DNA of 64,000 nucleotides, taken from Mobula hypostoma. Taxonomy: Eukaryota. The notes beneath the pieces were generated by a model, which searched no databases, was not told the origin of the DNA, and saw nothing but the letters and a program-made list of their open reading frames with translations. A program made the position numbers and the translations under genes. The first letter of the stretch is position 1. Each line of letters opens with the position of its first letter. Positions 12,701 to 24,934 of the stretch are shown in pieces. The DNA lies in the NCBI RefSeq assembly GCF_963921235.1, contig NC_086097.1, positions 245,398,001-245,462,000 on the forward strand, given 5' to 3'.

Positions 12701-13872
12701 GTGCCACACATGAGGCTGCTTAACAAGATAAGAGCCCATGGAATGACGGGATAGTTACATACGTAGAAAGGGCGTTAGCTGTTTGGCAGGAAGCAGAGAG
12801 TGGGAATAAAGGGATTCTATTCTGGTTGGCTGCCGGTTACCAGTGGTGTTCCACAGGGGTTCATGTTGGGGCCGCTTCTTTTTACGTTGTACATCAACGA
12901 TTTGTATTATGGAATAGATGGCTTTGTGGTTAAGTTTGCTGATGATACAAAGATAGGTGGAGGGGCTGGTAGTGCTGAGGAAACAGAGAGTCTGCAGAGA
13001 GACTTGGATAGACTGGAAGAATGGGCAGAGAAGTGGCAAATGAAACACAATGTTGGAAAGTGTATGGTTATGCACTTTGGCAGAAGAAATAAACGGGTAG
13101 ACTATTATTTAAATGGGGAAAGAATTCAAAGTTCTGAGATGCAACGGGACTTGGGAGTCCTCGTGCAGGGTGCCCTTGAGGTTAACCTCCAGGTTGAGTC
13201 AGTGGTGAAGAAGGCAAATGCAATGTTGGCATTCATTTCTAGAGGAATAGAGTATAGGAGCATGGATGTGATGTTCAGACTCTATAAGGCGCTGGTGAGA
13301 CCTCACTTGGAGTACTGTGGGCAGTTTTGGGCTCCTTATTTAAGAAAGGATGTGCTGACGTTAGAGAGGGTACAGAGAAGATTCACTAGAATGATTCCGG
13401 AAATGAGAGGGTTAATATGAGGAATGTTTGTCCGCTCTTGGACTGTATTCCTTGGAGTTTAGAAGAATGAGGGGGGACTTCATAGAAACATTTTGAATGT
13501 TGAAAGGTATGGACAGAGTGGATGTGGCATAGTTGTTTCCCATGATGTGGGAGTCTAGTACGAGAGGGCATGACTTAAGGATTGAAGGGCGCCCATTCAG
13601 AACAGAGATGCGAAGAAATTTTTTTTAGCCAGAGGGTGGTGAATCTATGAAATTTGTTGCCACAGGCAGCAGTGGAGGCCAAGTCATTGGGTGTATTTAA
13701 GGCAGAGATTGATAGGTATCTGAGTAGCCAGGGCATCAAAGGTTATGGTGAGAAGGTGGGGAGTGGGACTAAATGGGAGAATGGACCAGCTCATGATAAA
13801 ATGGCGGAGCAGACTTGATAGGCCGAATGGCCGACTTCTGCTCCTTTGTCTTATGGTCTTATGGTCTTATGA
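12701..13872 (+). mobile_element. 5'-truncated CR1 LINE
   Basis: ORF 12800..13420 contains SGVPQGFMLGP, KFADDTK and RPHLEYC; (ttatggtc)n tail. Confidence 0.92.
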
Positions 13873-14177
13873 TCAGAGTGGGGGGGGGGTGGCTAAACTG
13901 GTGCTACACCTTGTCCAAGGGTAACCTGCAGGCTAGCGGAGGGAAGGAGTGTCTTACACCTCCTTTGGTAGAGACGCATCTCCACCTTGCCATCCAAGCG
14001 TAGAGGAATAGAGGGACTGGTAAAAACGGCACAGAAGAAGAGACGAAACCACAGAACCATAAGGCATAGGAGTATAATTAGGCCATTTGGTCCATTGAGT
14101 CTGCTGCACCATTCCATTACGGCTGATTTATTTTCCTTCCCAACCGAACCTGTCAACCTCCACTTTAAATATATCCA

Positions 14178-14419
14178 ATCACAAAGAAGAGAAAATCTGC
14201 AGATGCTGGAAATTCAAGCAGCACACACAAAATACTGGAGGAACTCAGCAGGCCAGGCAGCACCTACGGAAAAAAGTACCATCAACATTTTGGGCTGAGA
14301 TCCTTCAACAGGACCACACATTTCTACTGGTGAAGGGTCTCAGCCTGAAATGCTGACTGTACTCTTTTCCATAGATACTGCCTGGCCTGCTAAGATCCTC
14401 CAGAATTTTGTTCGTGTTG
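14178..14419. mobile_element. Palindromic PLE-derived mini-element with two degenerate hammerhead motifs
   Basis: Inverted arms; perfect 15-bp TSD ctttaaatatatcca at 14163-14177 and 14420-14434; interrupts a CR1 3' end. Confidence 0.85.
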
Positions 14420-14969
14420 CTTTAAATATATCCAGTGACTTAGCCTCAATAGCCATCTGTGGCAATGGACTCCACAGATTCAGCACCCTCTAGCTAAGGA
14501 AATACCTCCTCATCTCCGTTCTAAAGGAACATCCCTCCATTCTGAGGCTGTGCCCTGTGGTCCTAGACTCCCCACTCTAGGGAACATCCTCTCCACATCC
14601 ACTTAATCTAGACCTTTTAGTATTCGATAGGTTTCCTCCCTCGTTCTTCTGAACTCCAGCAGGTATTGAAGGCCACCTTTCATTGATGTTAGAAATGTGT
14701 AGCATTCAACCACCAACTCTCCGCACTCTGCTCCAAAGCATGAAAGCCAACCAATCACTTGCTGCTTGCACATAAACTTAATTAGAAGCAGGAGAAAGCC
14801 CGAGCTGCTTTACCATTTCATAACATTAGGATATCATCCTAATCTGTCACCCAAATCTTAAAAACATAGAAAGACTCTGATTTTCCTACTCTTTAGGGAA
14901 GAGTTCCAAAGACTCATAACCTAATGATAAAGAAATCACCTGATCTTTCTTAAACGGATTACTCATACA

Positions 14970-15505
14970 ACATAGAACATAGGACATAGAGCGTAAGACA
15001 TAGAACATAGAACACAGAGAAGTGTCGCACAGTACAGGCACTTCAGCCCACGATGTCACTCTGACCCTTTAACCTACTTCAGGATCAATCTAAACCTTCC
15101 CTCCTACATAGCCCCCCATTTTTCTTTCAACCACGTGCCTATCTGAGAGCTTCTTAAATGCCCCTAATGTAACTGACTGCCACCACCCCCAGCGTTCCAC
15201 CACTCCCTGTGTGACAATACTACCTCTGATATTTCCCCTATAATTTCCTCTGTTAAAATTATGCCTCCTTGTATTAGCCATCCCTGCCCCTGGCAAAACG
15301 TCTCTGGTTGTCTACTCGATCCATGGCTTTTATCATCTTGTACACTTCTATCAAGTCACCTGTCAGCTGCCTTCACGCCAGAGAGAAAAGCCCTAGCTCA
15401 CTCAACCTATCTTCATAAGATTTGCTCTCTTGTCCTGGCAGCATCCTCTGTACCCTTTCTAAAGCTTCCACATCCTTCCCATAATGAGGTAACCAGAACT
15501 AGACA
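14970..15505 (-). mobile_element. CR1 LINE 3' fragment
   Basis: (catagaa)n-like tail at 14970-15020 followed by CR1 C-terminal sequence in reverse. Confidence 0.75.
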
Positions 15506-16079
15506 CACTATTCCGATGTTTCAGAACATTGTGTGTCTTTAAGGTAGAAATTGTATGTCATCAAGCTGGTACCACTCATTTTCCTTCCCCTAGTTTTCTG
15601 AACTCTACTGTGGAATCTGCCAGTACCATTACCATTGGCAATATATCCAAGACCTTAATCACCCACTGATTACAAAATATTTCCACACAATTTTTGCCAG
15701 ATTCCTTCATCCTGTGTTCCTAGCTCTTGATCATTCTAAAGGGGAAATTAGAAGAGAGAAAATTGTTCATGATTTTACTTGTTACTATTAGATCTTAGTT
15801 CTACAACACTCACCAGGATCCTGTCATTTACTGTGTAGATCCTACTCTAACGTAACTTCTCAAAATGCATCTCTTTGCACTTGGGCTGAGTAAAATTCAG
15901 ATTTTCTAATTTCTCGTTTGACCTTGGTACTGGTCAGTTGGTGGAAAAGTTGCTAAGAGATGTCTATGCATCCAAAGAGTAGGGGTCAATTCTATGCTCA
16001 TAGTCATCTAACTTTCCTGAAGAATGGATATTCTGCTCATGTTATGGCCAGTCATGTGCTGAACTATGTTTTCAATTCT

Positions 16080-16580
16080 TCAGAATCAGAATCAGGTTTA
16101 TTATCACTGACACATGTTTTGAAATATGTTGTGTTGCGGCAGCAGTACAGGGTACTACATGAAATGTACCATTAATTATACCAAGAAATATATATTAAAT
16201 AAGTAGAGCAAAAAGAGAGAAAGAAATTAGTGAGGTAGGTATTGTGAGTTCATTGTCAGTTCAAAGATCTGATGGCAAAGGAGAAGAATATGTTCCTAAA
16301 GCATCGAGTGTGTGCCTTCAGGCTCCTGTATCTCCTCTCTGATGGGTGTATTGAGAGGAGGTCAAGACCAGGGTGGTGAGGGTTCTTAATGATGGATGCT
16401 GCCTTCTTGGGGTATTACCTATTGAAGATGTCCTCGATGGTAGTGAGACTAATGCCCATGATGGTGAGTTTACAGCTTTCTGCAGCTTTTTCCAATCTTG
16501 TGCATTGCCCCCCCCACCCCCATACCAGATGGTGATTGAATGAGCTTGAGTGCTGTCCACGGTACATGTGTAGAAATTGT
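16080..16580 (-). mobile_element. Rex1/Babar-type LINE 3' fragment
   Basis: (cagaat)n tail; ITIWYG..QDWKKLQKAVN peptide. Confidence 0.75.
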
Positions 16581-16976
16581 AGAAGCCGTTCTTTCATTGT
16601 ACATGGAAATGCCTCCAGTCTTTTTAATATGGGTGTTATTTTGCTGTTGACTTCCTTCTGTGGCTTCTTTCATGTTGCACAATCTCAATTCCAACTGCAG
16701 AGTCTACTGGCCGAGTCATAACATTTTTACCTTTTATGTGTCTTTTAAGGAGAAAAGAAAAACCGCTTTTCTAATTCTTCAGATTTTGTTTTTGATCTCT
16801 TAGGCAGGAATCTCTTCTGGCACTTGACATTCATCAAATATTCTAAATTTATTCCCTCTCAAGTTATGGACTTTCACCAGGATCTGATTTGAACTTCAGT
16901 GCTGGGAACATTAATTCAAGTTGCTTGGTTTTTTTTAAATTTTCACGTCAGTATCTTTCTTCTCAGTAATTCTTAA

Positions 16977-17965
16977 GATCATGAGACCATAAGACATAGG
17001 AGCAGAATTAGGCTATTTGGCCCATCGAGTCTGCTCCGCTATTCAATCATGGCTGAGCCCCCTTTTTTTCTCCTCCTTGATCCCATTTCCCGGCCTTCTC
17101 CCTGGAACCTTTGATACCACGATCAATCAAGAATCTATCAATCTCTGCCTTAAATACACCCAATGACCTGGCCTCCACAGCTGCATGTGGAAACAAATTT
17201 CACAAATTCGCCACCCTCTGGCTAAAGAAATTTCTCCGCATCTCTGTTTTGAATGGATGCCCCTCTGTCCTGAGTCTGTGCCCTCTTGTCCTAGCCTCTC
17301 CCACCATGGGAAACATCCTTTCCACAGCTACTCTGTCTAGGCCTTTCAACATTTAAAAGGTTTCAATGAGATCCCCTCTCATCCTTCTCAATTCCAGTGA
17401 GTACAGACCCAGAGCCATCAAACGTTCCTCATATGATAACCCTTTCATTCCTGGAATCATCCTTGTGAACCTCCTCTGGACCTCTTCAATGCCAGCTCAC
17501 CTCTTCTAAGATGAGTAGCCCAAAACTGTACACAATAATCAAGGTGAGGCCTCACCAGTGCCTGATAAAGCCTCAGCATCACATCCCTGCTCTTGTATTC
17601 TGGACCTCTTGAAATGAATGCTAACATGGCATTTGCCTTCCTCACCACCGACTCAACCTGCGAGTTAACCTTCTGGGTGTTCTGCACAAGGACTCCCAAG
17701 TCCCTCTGCATCTCATATTCCTGGGTTTTCTGCCAGTTTAGAGAATAATCTGCACATTTATTTCTGTTACCAAAGTGCATCACCATGCATTTTCCAACAT
17801 TGTATTTCATTTGTCACTTACTTGTCCATTCTCCTAATCTATCTAAGTCCTTCTGCATCCTACCTGTTTCCTCAACACTATCTGCCCCCTGCCAATCTTC
17901 GTATCATCTGCAAACTAGGCAACAAAGCCATTTATTTCATCATCTAAATAAATCGTTTATGTACA
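16977..17965 (-). mobile_element. 5'-truncated CR1 LINE
   Basis: ORF 17457..17810 reads KCMVMHFG..RDLGVLV..RPHLDYCVQFW; resembles 12701-13872. Confidence 0.9.
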
Positions 17966-18059
17966 GTTCCTTATAAAGGAAAAATCCATCCAAGACTTGC
18001 ATTAGATCAGGACACTATCTTGCCCTCACTGGTGGGGAACAGCCAGACATTTTGAGAGG

Positions 18060-18652
18060 ATGTACTGTAATGCTGAGATTTTCTAAGGCGTTGATCAGAT
18101 CACGCTTGGAGTATTATGAGTAGTTCTGAGCCTCTTATCTAAGAAAGAATGTGCTGACGTTCGAGCGGGTCCAGAGAAGGTCCATGTGAATGATTTTGGG
18201 AATGACAGGGTTAACATATGAGAAGCATTTGTAGCTGGAATTTAGAAGAATGAGGGGGGAATCTCAATAAAACCTATCAAATATTGAAAGGCCTAGATAG
18301 AGTGGATGTGGAGAGGATGTTTCCTATAGAGGGGAGAGTCTCGAACCAGAGAGCTCTTCCTTAGAGTACAAGGACATCCCTTTAGAAATGAGATGAGGAA
18401 AAATTTCTTTAGCCAGAGAGTGGTAAATCTGTGGATTGTATTGCCGCACACAGCTGTGGAGGCCAAGTCATTGGGTATAGATAAAACGGTAGTTAATAGG
18501 TTCTTGATTAGTCAGGATGTCAAAGGTTACGGGGAGAAGGTAGGAGATTGGGGTTTAGAGGATAATAAATCAGTCATGATCGAGCACATTGAGTGGGCCT
18601 AATTAGACCCTAATGACCTAAGTCAGCTTCTATGTCTTATGGTTTTATGGTC
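18060..18652 (+). mobile_element. CR1 LINE 3' fragment
   Basis: RKNFFSQRVVNLW..AVEAKSLG; ttatggttttatggtc tail. Confidence 0.85.
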
Positions 18653-18756
18653 TATTCATTCAAGTTCTTAATTTTTTGTGTCAGTACCTTTCTTCTCAAT
18701 AATTCTTAACGTTCCTTATAAAGGAAAAGTCCATCCAAGTCTTGTTCATATTTATT

Positions 18757-19437
18757 AACACAGGAGATTCTGCAGATGCTCGATATGTTGTGCAACACAC
18801 ACAAAATGCTGGAGGAATTCAACAAGTCATGCAATATCTTTGGAGGGGAATAAACAGTCGACATTTCGGGCTGAGACCCTTCAACAGGAGTGAAAAGGAA
18901 GGAGAAGAAGCCAGAATAAGGTGGGGAGAGAGGAAGGATTACAGGCTGCCAGGTGGTAGGTGAGGCCAGGTGAGGGGGAATGTTGGTGGCTGATAGGGGG
19001 AGGGGGTATGAGATAAGAAGCTGGGAGCTGATAGGTGGAAGAGGTAAAGAGCTGAATAAGAAGGAATCTGATAGGAGTGGAGAGTGGACCCTCAAAGAAA
19101 GGGAGGGAGGAGGCCACCAGAGGGAGGTGATGGGCAGTTGAGGAGAAGAGAAAGGGGTAAGAGGGGAGCCAGAATGAGGAATGGAGAAAGAAAGAAGGAG
19201 GGAGAGGGAAGACATTGCTTGACTTTAGTGAAATTGATGTTTATGCCATCAGGTTGGAGGCTATATGATGTGCTGCTCCTCCAGCCTGATAGGGACTTAT
19301 GATGGGAGAAGAGGAGGCGATGAAGTGACATGACTGACTGGGGATGGAAAGTAGAGTTAAAGTGGGTAGCCAACCGGAGATCCCACCTCTTGTGGTAGAT
19401 GGAGCGAAGGTGCTCGATGAAGCAGTCCCCCAAGTGA
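18757..19437 (-). mobile_element. PLE 3' end (GIY-YIG C-terminus plus pLTR)
   Basis: GDCFIEHLRSI..ATHFNS peptide; degenerate hammerhead ctgttga..gaaatgtcgac at ~18856-18889. Confidence 0.8.
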
Positions 19438-19799
19438 AATGTACTATGATCCTTACTGTAAAGGCAGGTGATTACAAAACTCTAGTCCTAAATGACCAGC
19501 TCCTTGAATCTTGTGTGTGTTGGATGCTTTTTAACCTGTGAGTTCATGCAGAGGATGCATTTTGCTCTGGATTTCCAGCATCTGCAGACTCACTTGCTTT
19601 TATACATTGAACTTCTTATCACGGTAACCAACGATGTCAGGGGCAAGGTATGGTAGCGTAGTGGTTAGCGTGACACTTTACAGCACCAGCAATCACCAAT
19701 CGGGGTTCAACTAGTGCCGCTGTTTATAAGAAGTTCGTGCGTTCTCCCTGTGACCACATGGAATCTCTCTGGGTGCTCCAGATTTTTCCCACTGTCAGC

Positions 19800-20250
19800 A
19801 TATAGGAGGAGCATGAATCAGCATGCAGGAGGAAGACTGAAAATCAGGCCACAACAGCCTCTCAATGTCAACAAGAACTAGGGAGCTGGTTATTGACTGC
19901 AGGAGAAGGGAACTGGAGGTCCATGAACCGATCTTCATTGGGAGGTCAGAGGTGGAGAGGGTTAGCAACATTAAATTCCTTGGCATTATCATTTCAGAGG
20001 ATCTGTTCTGGGTCCAGCATGTAAGAACAATTACAAAGTAAGCATGGTAGCACCCGTACTTTCTTCGAAGTTTGCGAAGGCTGGGCATGTCAGCTAAAGC
20101 TTTGACAAACTTCTATAGATGTGCAGTGGAGAGTATATTGACTGGTTACATCATGGCCTGGTATGGAAACACCAATGTCCTTGAATGGAAATTCAAAGAG
20201 TAGTGGATACAGACCTCCTGACCACTGATCACATCAACACAGAGTGTAGA
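19800..20250 (+). mobile_element. Rex1/Babar-type RT C-terminal fragment
   Basis: Degenerate coding for LNVNKTRELVID..VERVSNIKFLG..FYRCAVESILTG. Confidence 0.75.
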
Positions 20251-20316
20251 CAAAGAAAAAAAATCAATGAAAAAGTGCACACAGCAAGATGGACAAACAA
20301 CCAATGTGCAAAGGAC

Positions 20317-20553
20317 TGTCTGTCTAGGTACCTTATCCGATGTGAACGTTGGTGACCATGGTTTTCCATATAGATCTATCTTTTGTTCTTTGGATGGCTT
20401 CCATTTCCTCGATGTGTAGCCACCTGGCTACGCCTTTGATGTACATAAGCTGAGGTCTTCCTCTAGGTTTGTTGCCCTCGGTCTTTCCAGAGAGCATGAG
20501 TTTTTCTAGCTCATCTTTCCGCATGATGTGTCCTAGGAATCTCAGTTGATTTT
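20317..20553 (-). mobile_element. RTE (BovB-like) LINE short 3' fragment
   Basis: LRFLGHIMRKDELEKLMLSGKTEGNKPRGRP; (gaca)n tail; 8-bp TSD caaaggac at 20309-20316 and 20554-20561. Confidence 0.85.
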
Positions 20554-21649
20554 CAAAGGACAGTAAACTGCAAATACAAAAATAAACTAAAAATAATAAT
20601 ATTAATAATAGTAATAAATAAGTGAGCCATTAATATTGAGAACATGATATGAAGAGTCCTTAAAATTGAGTCCATAGATTGTGGGAGCAGTTTAGTGTTT
20701 GGTTGGGTGGAGTTGAGTGAAGTTATCCTGTCTGGTTCAGGACCCTGATGGTTGAGGGTAATAACTGTTTCTGAACCTGGTGGTGTGGGACTTCAGGTTC
20801 CTGAACCTCCTTCCTGATGTCAGCAGCGAGAAGAGAGCATGGCCTGGATAGTGCGATTCCTTGAAAACATTTTCTGCTTTCTTGCAGCAATGCCAAAGGG
20901 CTTTACATGTGTTGGACTAGGCTGTATCCACTACACTTTTGAGGCGTTTCTGTTCAAGGGCATTGGTGTTTCCTTACCAGGCTGCCGTGAATCAGAAACA
21001 CAAGAGGTTCCACCGATACTGGAAATCCAGAGCAACGCACGTAAAATGCTGGAGGAACTCAGCTGGTCAGACAGCATCTATAGCCAAGACATCAGATTTA
21101 ATATCACTGGCAGATGTCATGGAATTTGTTGTTTTCGGCAGCAGTACAGTGCAATACATTAAAAAAAACTACAAATTATAGCATGAAATGTATATGAATA
21201 TGAGACCATAATACATAGGAGTAGAATTAAACCATTTGGCCCATTGAGTCTGCTCCATCATTTAATCATGGCTGATCCTTTTTCTGCCCTCCCCAGACCC
21301 ACTCCCTGGCCTTCTCACTGTAACCTTTGATGCCGTGACCAATCAAGAACCTATCTATCTCTGCCTTGATTGAGGGAAAAATACACATGCATGCACCCAT
21401 AAGGGGGTGAAAAAATATATAATAACCAGTGCAAAACAAGTTCCCCTCTCACATCCAATTTCTAAATGGGCAATGAACCGATGAGCACTACCTCACAACT
21501 TTTATATTTCTGTTCTTTTGCACTGCGTATTTTAACTTAATTATTTAATAGACATATTAATGTAACTCTGTTTTTTCTCTATATTTATTCATCATGTATT
21601 TCATTGTACTGCTGTTGTAAATTTAACTAATTCCACAACGTATGCCGAT

Positions 21650-22615
21650 GATATTAAATCTGATTCTGAAAACGAGCAAAAAAAAAGTGAGGTAGTTCGG
21701 TGTCCATTCAGAAATCTGATGGCAGAGTGGAAGAAGCAGCTCCTGTACCCTCTCCTTGATGGTAACAATGAGAAGAGGGCACGTGCTGGGTGATGGGCAC
21801 CCTTTTTGATGGATACTGCCTTTTTGCGGCATCACCTTTTGAAGATCTCCTCGATGCTGGCGAGGTTCGAGTGATGGAACTGGCTTAGAAACTCCAGCAG
21901 CTTTTTCTGATCCTTTCCATACCACACAGTGATGTAATCTGTTCGAAAAATCTCCACGGTCCATCCATAGCAACTCGCTAGAGTCTTTAGTGACATACCA
22001 TATCTCTTCAAACTCCTAATGAAATTTTGCCCCTGTCATGCCTTCTTTGTAATTGCACAGGTCATGAAATTTGCTGTTTTGTGGTAGCAGCGCAACAAAA
22101 AAATAAAACACCAAATCACAATAAGAGATATATATTCTGTATAAAAATCAAAAAGAAAGGGAAAAAATAGTGAGGTTGTGTTCATGGGTCCATTCTGAAA
22201 TCTGGCAGCAGAGGGAAAAGAGGCTGTTGTTAAAACACTGAGTATGTGTCTTCATGTCCTGGGTGATGAGGGTCCTTAATGATGGATGTCACGTTTTTAA
22301 GGCATCGCCTTTTGAAGGTGTCCTTGATGTTGGGGAGGCTGGTACCCATGATGGAACTGGCTGAGTTTGTAACTTTCCGCAGCTTTTTCTGATCCTGTGC
22401 AATGGCCTCTCCATACCAGATGGTGATGCAGCCAGTCAGAATGTTCTCCACTGTACATCTGCAGAAATTTGCAGGAGTTTTTGGTTGCATACCAAATGCC
22501 CTCAAACTCCTCACGAAATATACCCACTGATGTACCTTCTTTGTGATCGCATCAATATGTTGGGCCCAGGATAGATTTTCAGAGATGTTGACTCCCAGGA
22601 ACTTGAAACTGCTGA
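21650..22615 (-). mobile_element. Two tandem Rex1/Babar-type 3' fragments
   Basis: ORF 22230..22514 reads NFCRCTVENILTGCITIWYG..IIKDPHHPGH; a similar degenerate copy lies at 21680-22060. Confidence 0.72.
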
Positions 22616-22674
22616 TCCCCAGAATACAACTGTTTTCGAGAACTTGAAATCAGTCACTGATTTAACAACGTCAA

Positions 22675-22820
22675 GCAAACACATTAAATGCTGGAGGAAC
22701 TCAGCAGGCCCGAAATGTCAGCTGTTCTCTTTTCCCCAGCTGCTGCCTGACCTGCTGAATTCCTCCAGCATTTTGAGTGTGTTGCTTGGATTCCCAGCAC
22801 CTGCAGATTTTCTCTTGTTT
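22675..22820 (+). mobile_element. Palindromic PLE-derived mini-element
   Basis: Inverted arms; 14-bp TSD tttaacaacgtcaa / cttaacaacttcaa at 22661-22674 and 22821-22834. Confidence 0.8.
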
Positions 22821-23138
22821 CTTAACAACTTCAATATTGCTTTCAGTCCACAGTAGTGTAGTGGTTAGTGTAACACATTACAGCACTAGTGACTGGCAGA
22901 TCAGGTTCAATTCCTGCTTCTGCACCATTTTATCAATATGTAAAATGGCTTAAATCTTACGTATTGATACCATACTGTCTAACGTTCATCTGATTGCTTT
23001 TGCTCTTTCTAAGCCGAAAACAAGGAATTTGGTATAATGCAAACAACAGGAATTCTGCAGATGCTGGAAATTCATGCAGCACACATCAAAGTTGCTGGTG
23101 AACGCAGCAGGCCAGGCAGCATCTCTAGGAAGAGGTAC

Positions 23139-23174
23139 AGTCGACGTTTCAGGCCGAGACCCTTCATCAGGACT
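23139..23174 (-). ncRNA. Minimal type I hammerhead ribozyme, intact core
   Basis: Minus strand agtc-CTGATGA-agggtctcggcct-GAAA-cGTC-gact: stem I agtc/gact, core CUGAUGA and GAAA, short palindromic stem III, GUC site. Confidence 0.85.
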
Positions 23175-23469
23175 AACTGAAGGAAAAGTTAGTAAGAGAT
23201 TTGAAAGTGGGAGGGGGAGGGGGAGATCCAAAATGATAGGAGAAGACAGGAGGGGGAGGGATGGAGCCAAGAGCTGGACAGGTGATTGGCAAAGGGGATA
23301 CGAGAGGATCATGGGACAGGAGGTCCGGGAAGAAAGACAAGGGGGGGGGGACCCAGAGGATGGGCAAGGGGTATAGTCAAAGGGACAGAGGGAGAAAAAG
23401 GAGAGTGAGAGAAAGAATGTGTGTATATAAATAAATAACGGATGGGGTACGAGGGGGAGGTGGGGCATT

Positions 23470-24934
23470 AGCAGAAGTTAGAGAAGTCAATGTTCATGCC
23501 ATCAGGTTGGAGGCTACCCAGACGGAATATAAGGTGTTGTTCCTCCAACCTGAGTGTGGCTTCATCTTTACAGTAGAGGAGGCCGTGGATAGACATGTCA
23601 GAATGGGAATGGGATGTGGAATTAAAATGTGTGGCCACTGGGAGATCCTGCTTTCTCTGGCGGACAGAGCGTAGGTGTTCAGCAAAGCGGTTTCCCAGTC
23701 TGCGTCAGGTCTCGCCAATATATAGAAGGCCACATCGGGAGCACCGGATGCAGTATATCACCCCAGCTGACTCACAGGTGAAGTGTCGCCTCACCTGGAA
23801 GGACTGTCTGGGGCCCTGAATGGTGGTAAGGGAGGAAGTGTAAGGGCATGTGTAGCACTTGTTCCGCTTACAAGGATAAGTGCCAGGAAGGAGATCAGTG
23901 GGGAGGAATGGGGGGGATAAATGGACAAGGGAGTCGCGTAGGGAGCGATCCCTGCGGAAAGCGGCAGGGGGTAGTGAATGATGTGCTTAGTGGTGGGATC
24001 CTGTTGGAGGTGGCGGAAGTTACGGAGAATAATATGTTGGACCCGGAGGCTGGTGGGGTGGTAGGTGAGGACCAGGGGAACCCTATTCCTAGTGGGGTGG
24101 CGGGAGGATGGAGTGAGAGCAGATGTGCGTGAAATGGGGGAGATGCGTTTGAGAGCAGAGTTGATGGTGGAGGAAGGGAAGCCCCTTTCCTTAAAAAGAA
24201 GGACATCTCCCTCTTCCTGGAATGAAAAGCCTCATCCTGAGAGCAGATGCGGCGGAGACGGAGGAATTGCGAGAAGGGGATGGCATTTTTGCAAGAGACA
24301 GGGTGAGAAGAGGAATAGTCCAGATAGCTGTGAGAGTCAGTAGGCTTATAGTAGACATCAGTGGATAAGCTGTCTCCAGAGATAGAGACAGAAAGATCTA
24401 GAAAGTGGGGGGAGGTGTCGGAAATGGACCAGGTAAACTTGAGGGCAGGGTGAAAGTTGGAGGCAAAGTTAATAAAGTCAACGAGCTCAGCATGCGTGCA
24501 GGAAGCAGCGCCAATGCAGTCATCGATGTAGCAAAGGAAAAGTGGGGGACAGATACCAGAATAGGTACGGAACATAGATTGTTCCACAAAGCCAACAAAA
24601 AGGCAGGCATAGCTAGGACCCATACGGGTGCCCATAGCTACACCTTTTGTTTGGAGCAAGTGGGAGGAGCCAAAGGAGAAATTATTAAGAGTAAGGACTA
24701 ATTCCGCTAGACGGAGCAGAGTGGTGGTAGAGGGGAACTGATTAGGTCTGGAATCCAAAAAGAAGCGTAGAGCTTTGAGACCTTCCTGGTGAATGGAAGT
24801 ATATAGGGACTGGACATCCATGGTGAAAATAAAGTGGTGGGGGCCAGGGAACTTCAAATCATCGAAAAGTTTAAGAGTGTGAGAAGTGTCACGAACATAG
24901 GTAGGAAGGGATTGAACAAGGGGGGATAAAACCA
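23470..24934 (-). pseudogene. PLE RT/GIY-YIG endonuclease ORF, disrupted
   Basis: 5'-truncated; frameshift after ..DEAFHSR; TGA stop at 23705-23707 just after YIGET. Confidence 0.88.
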
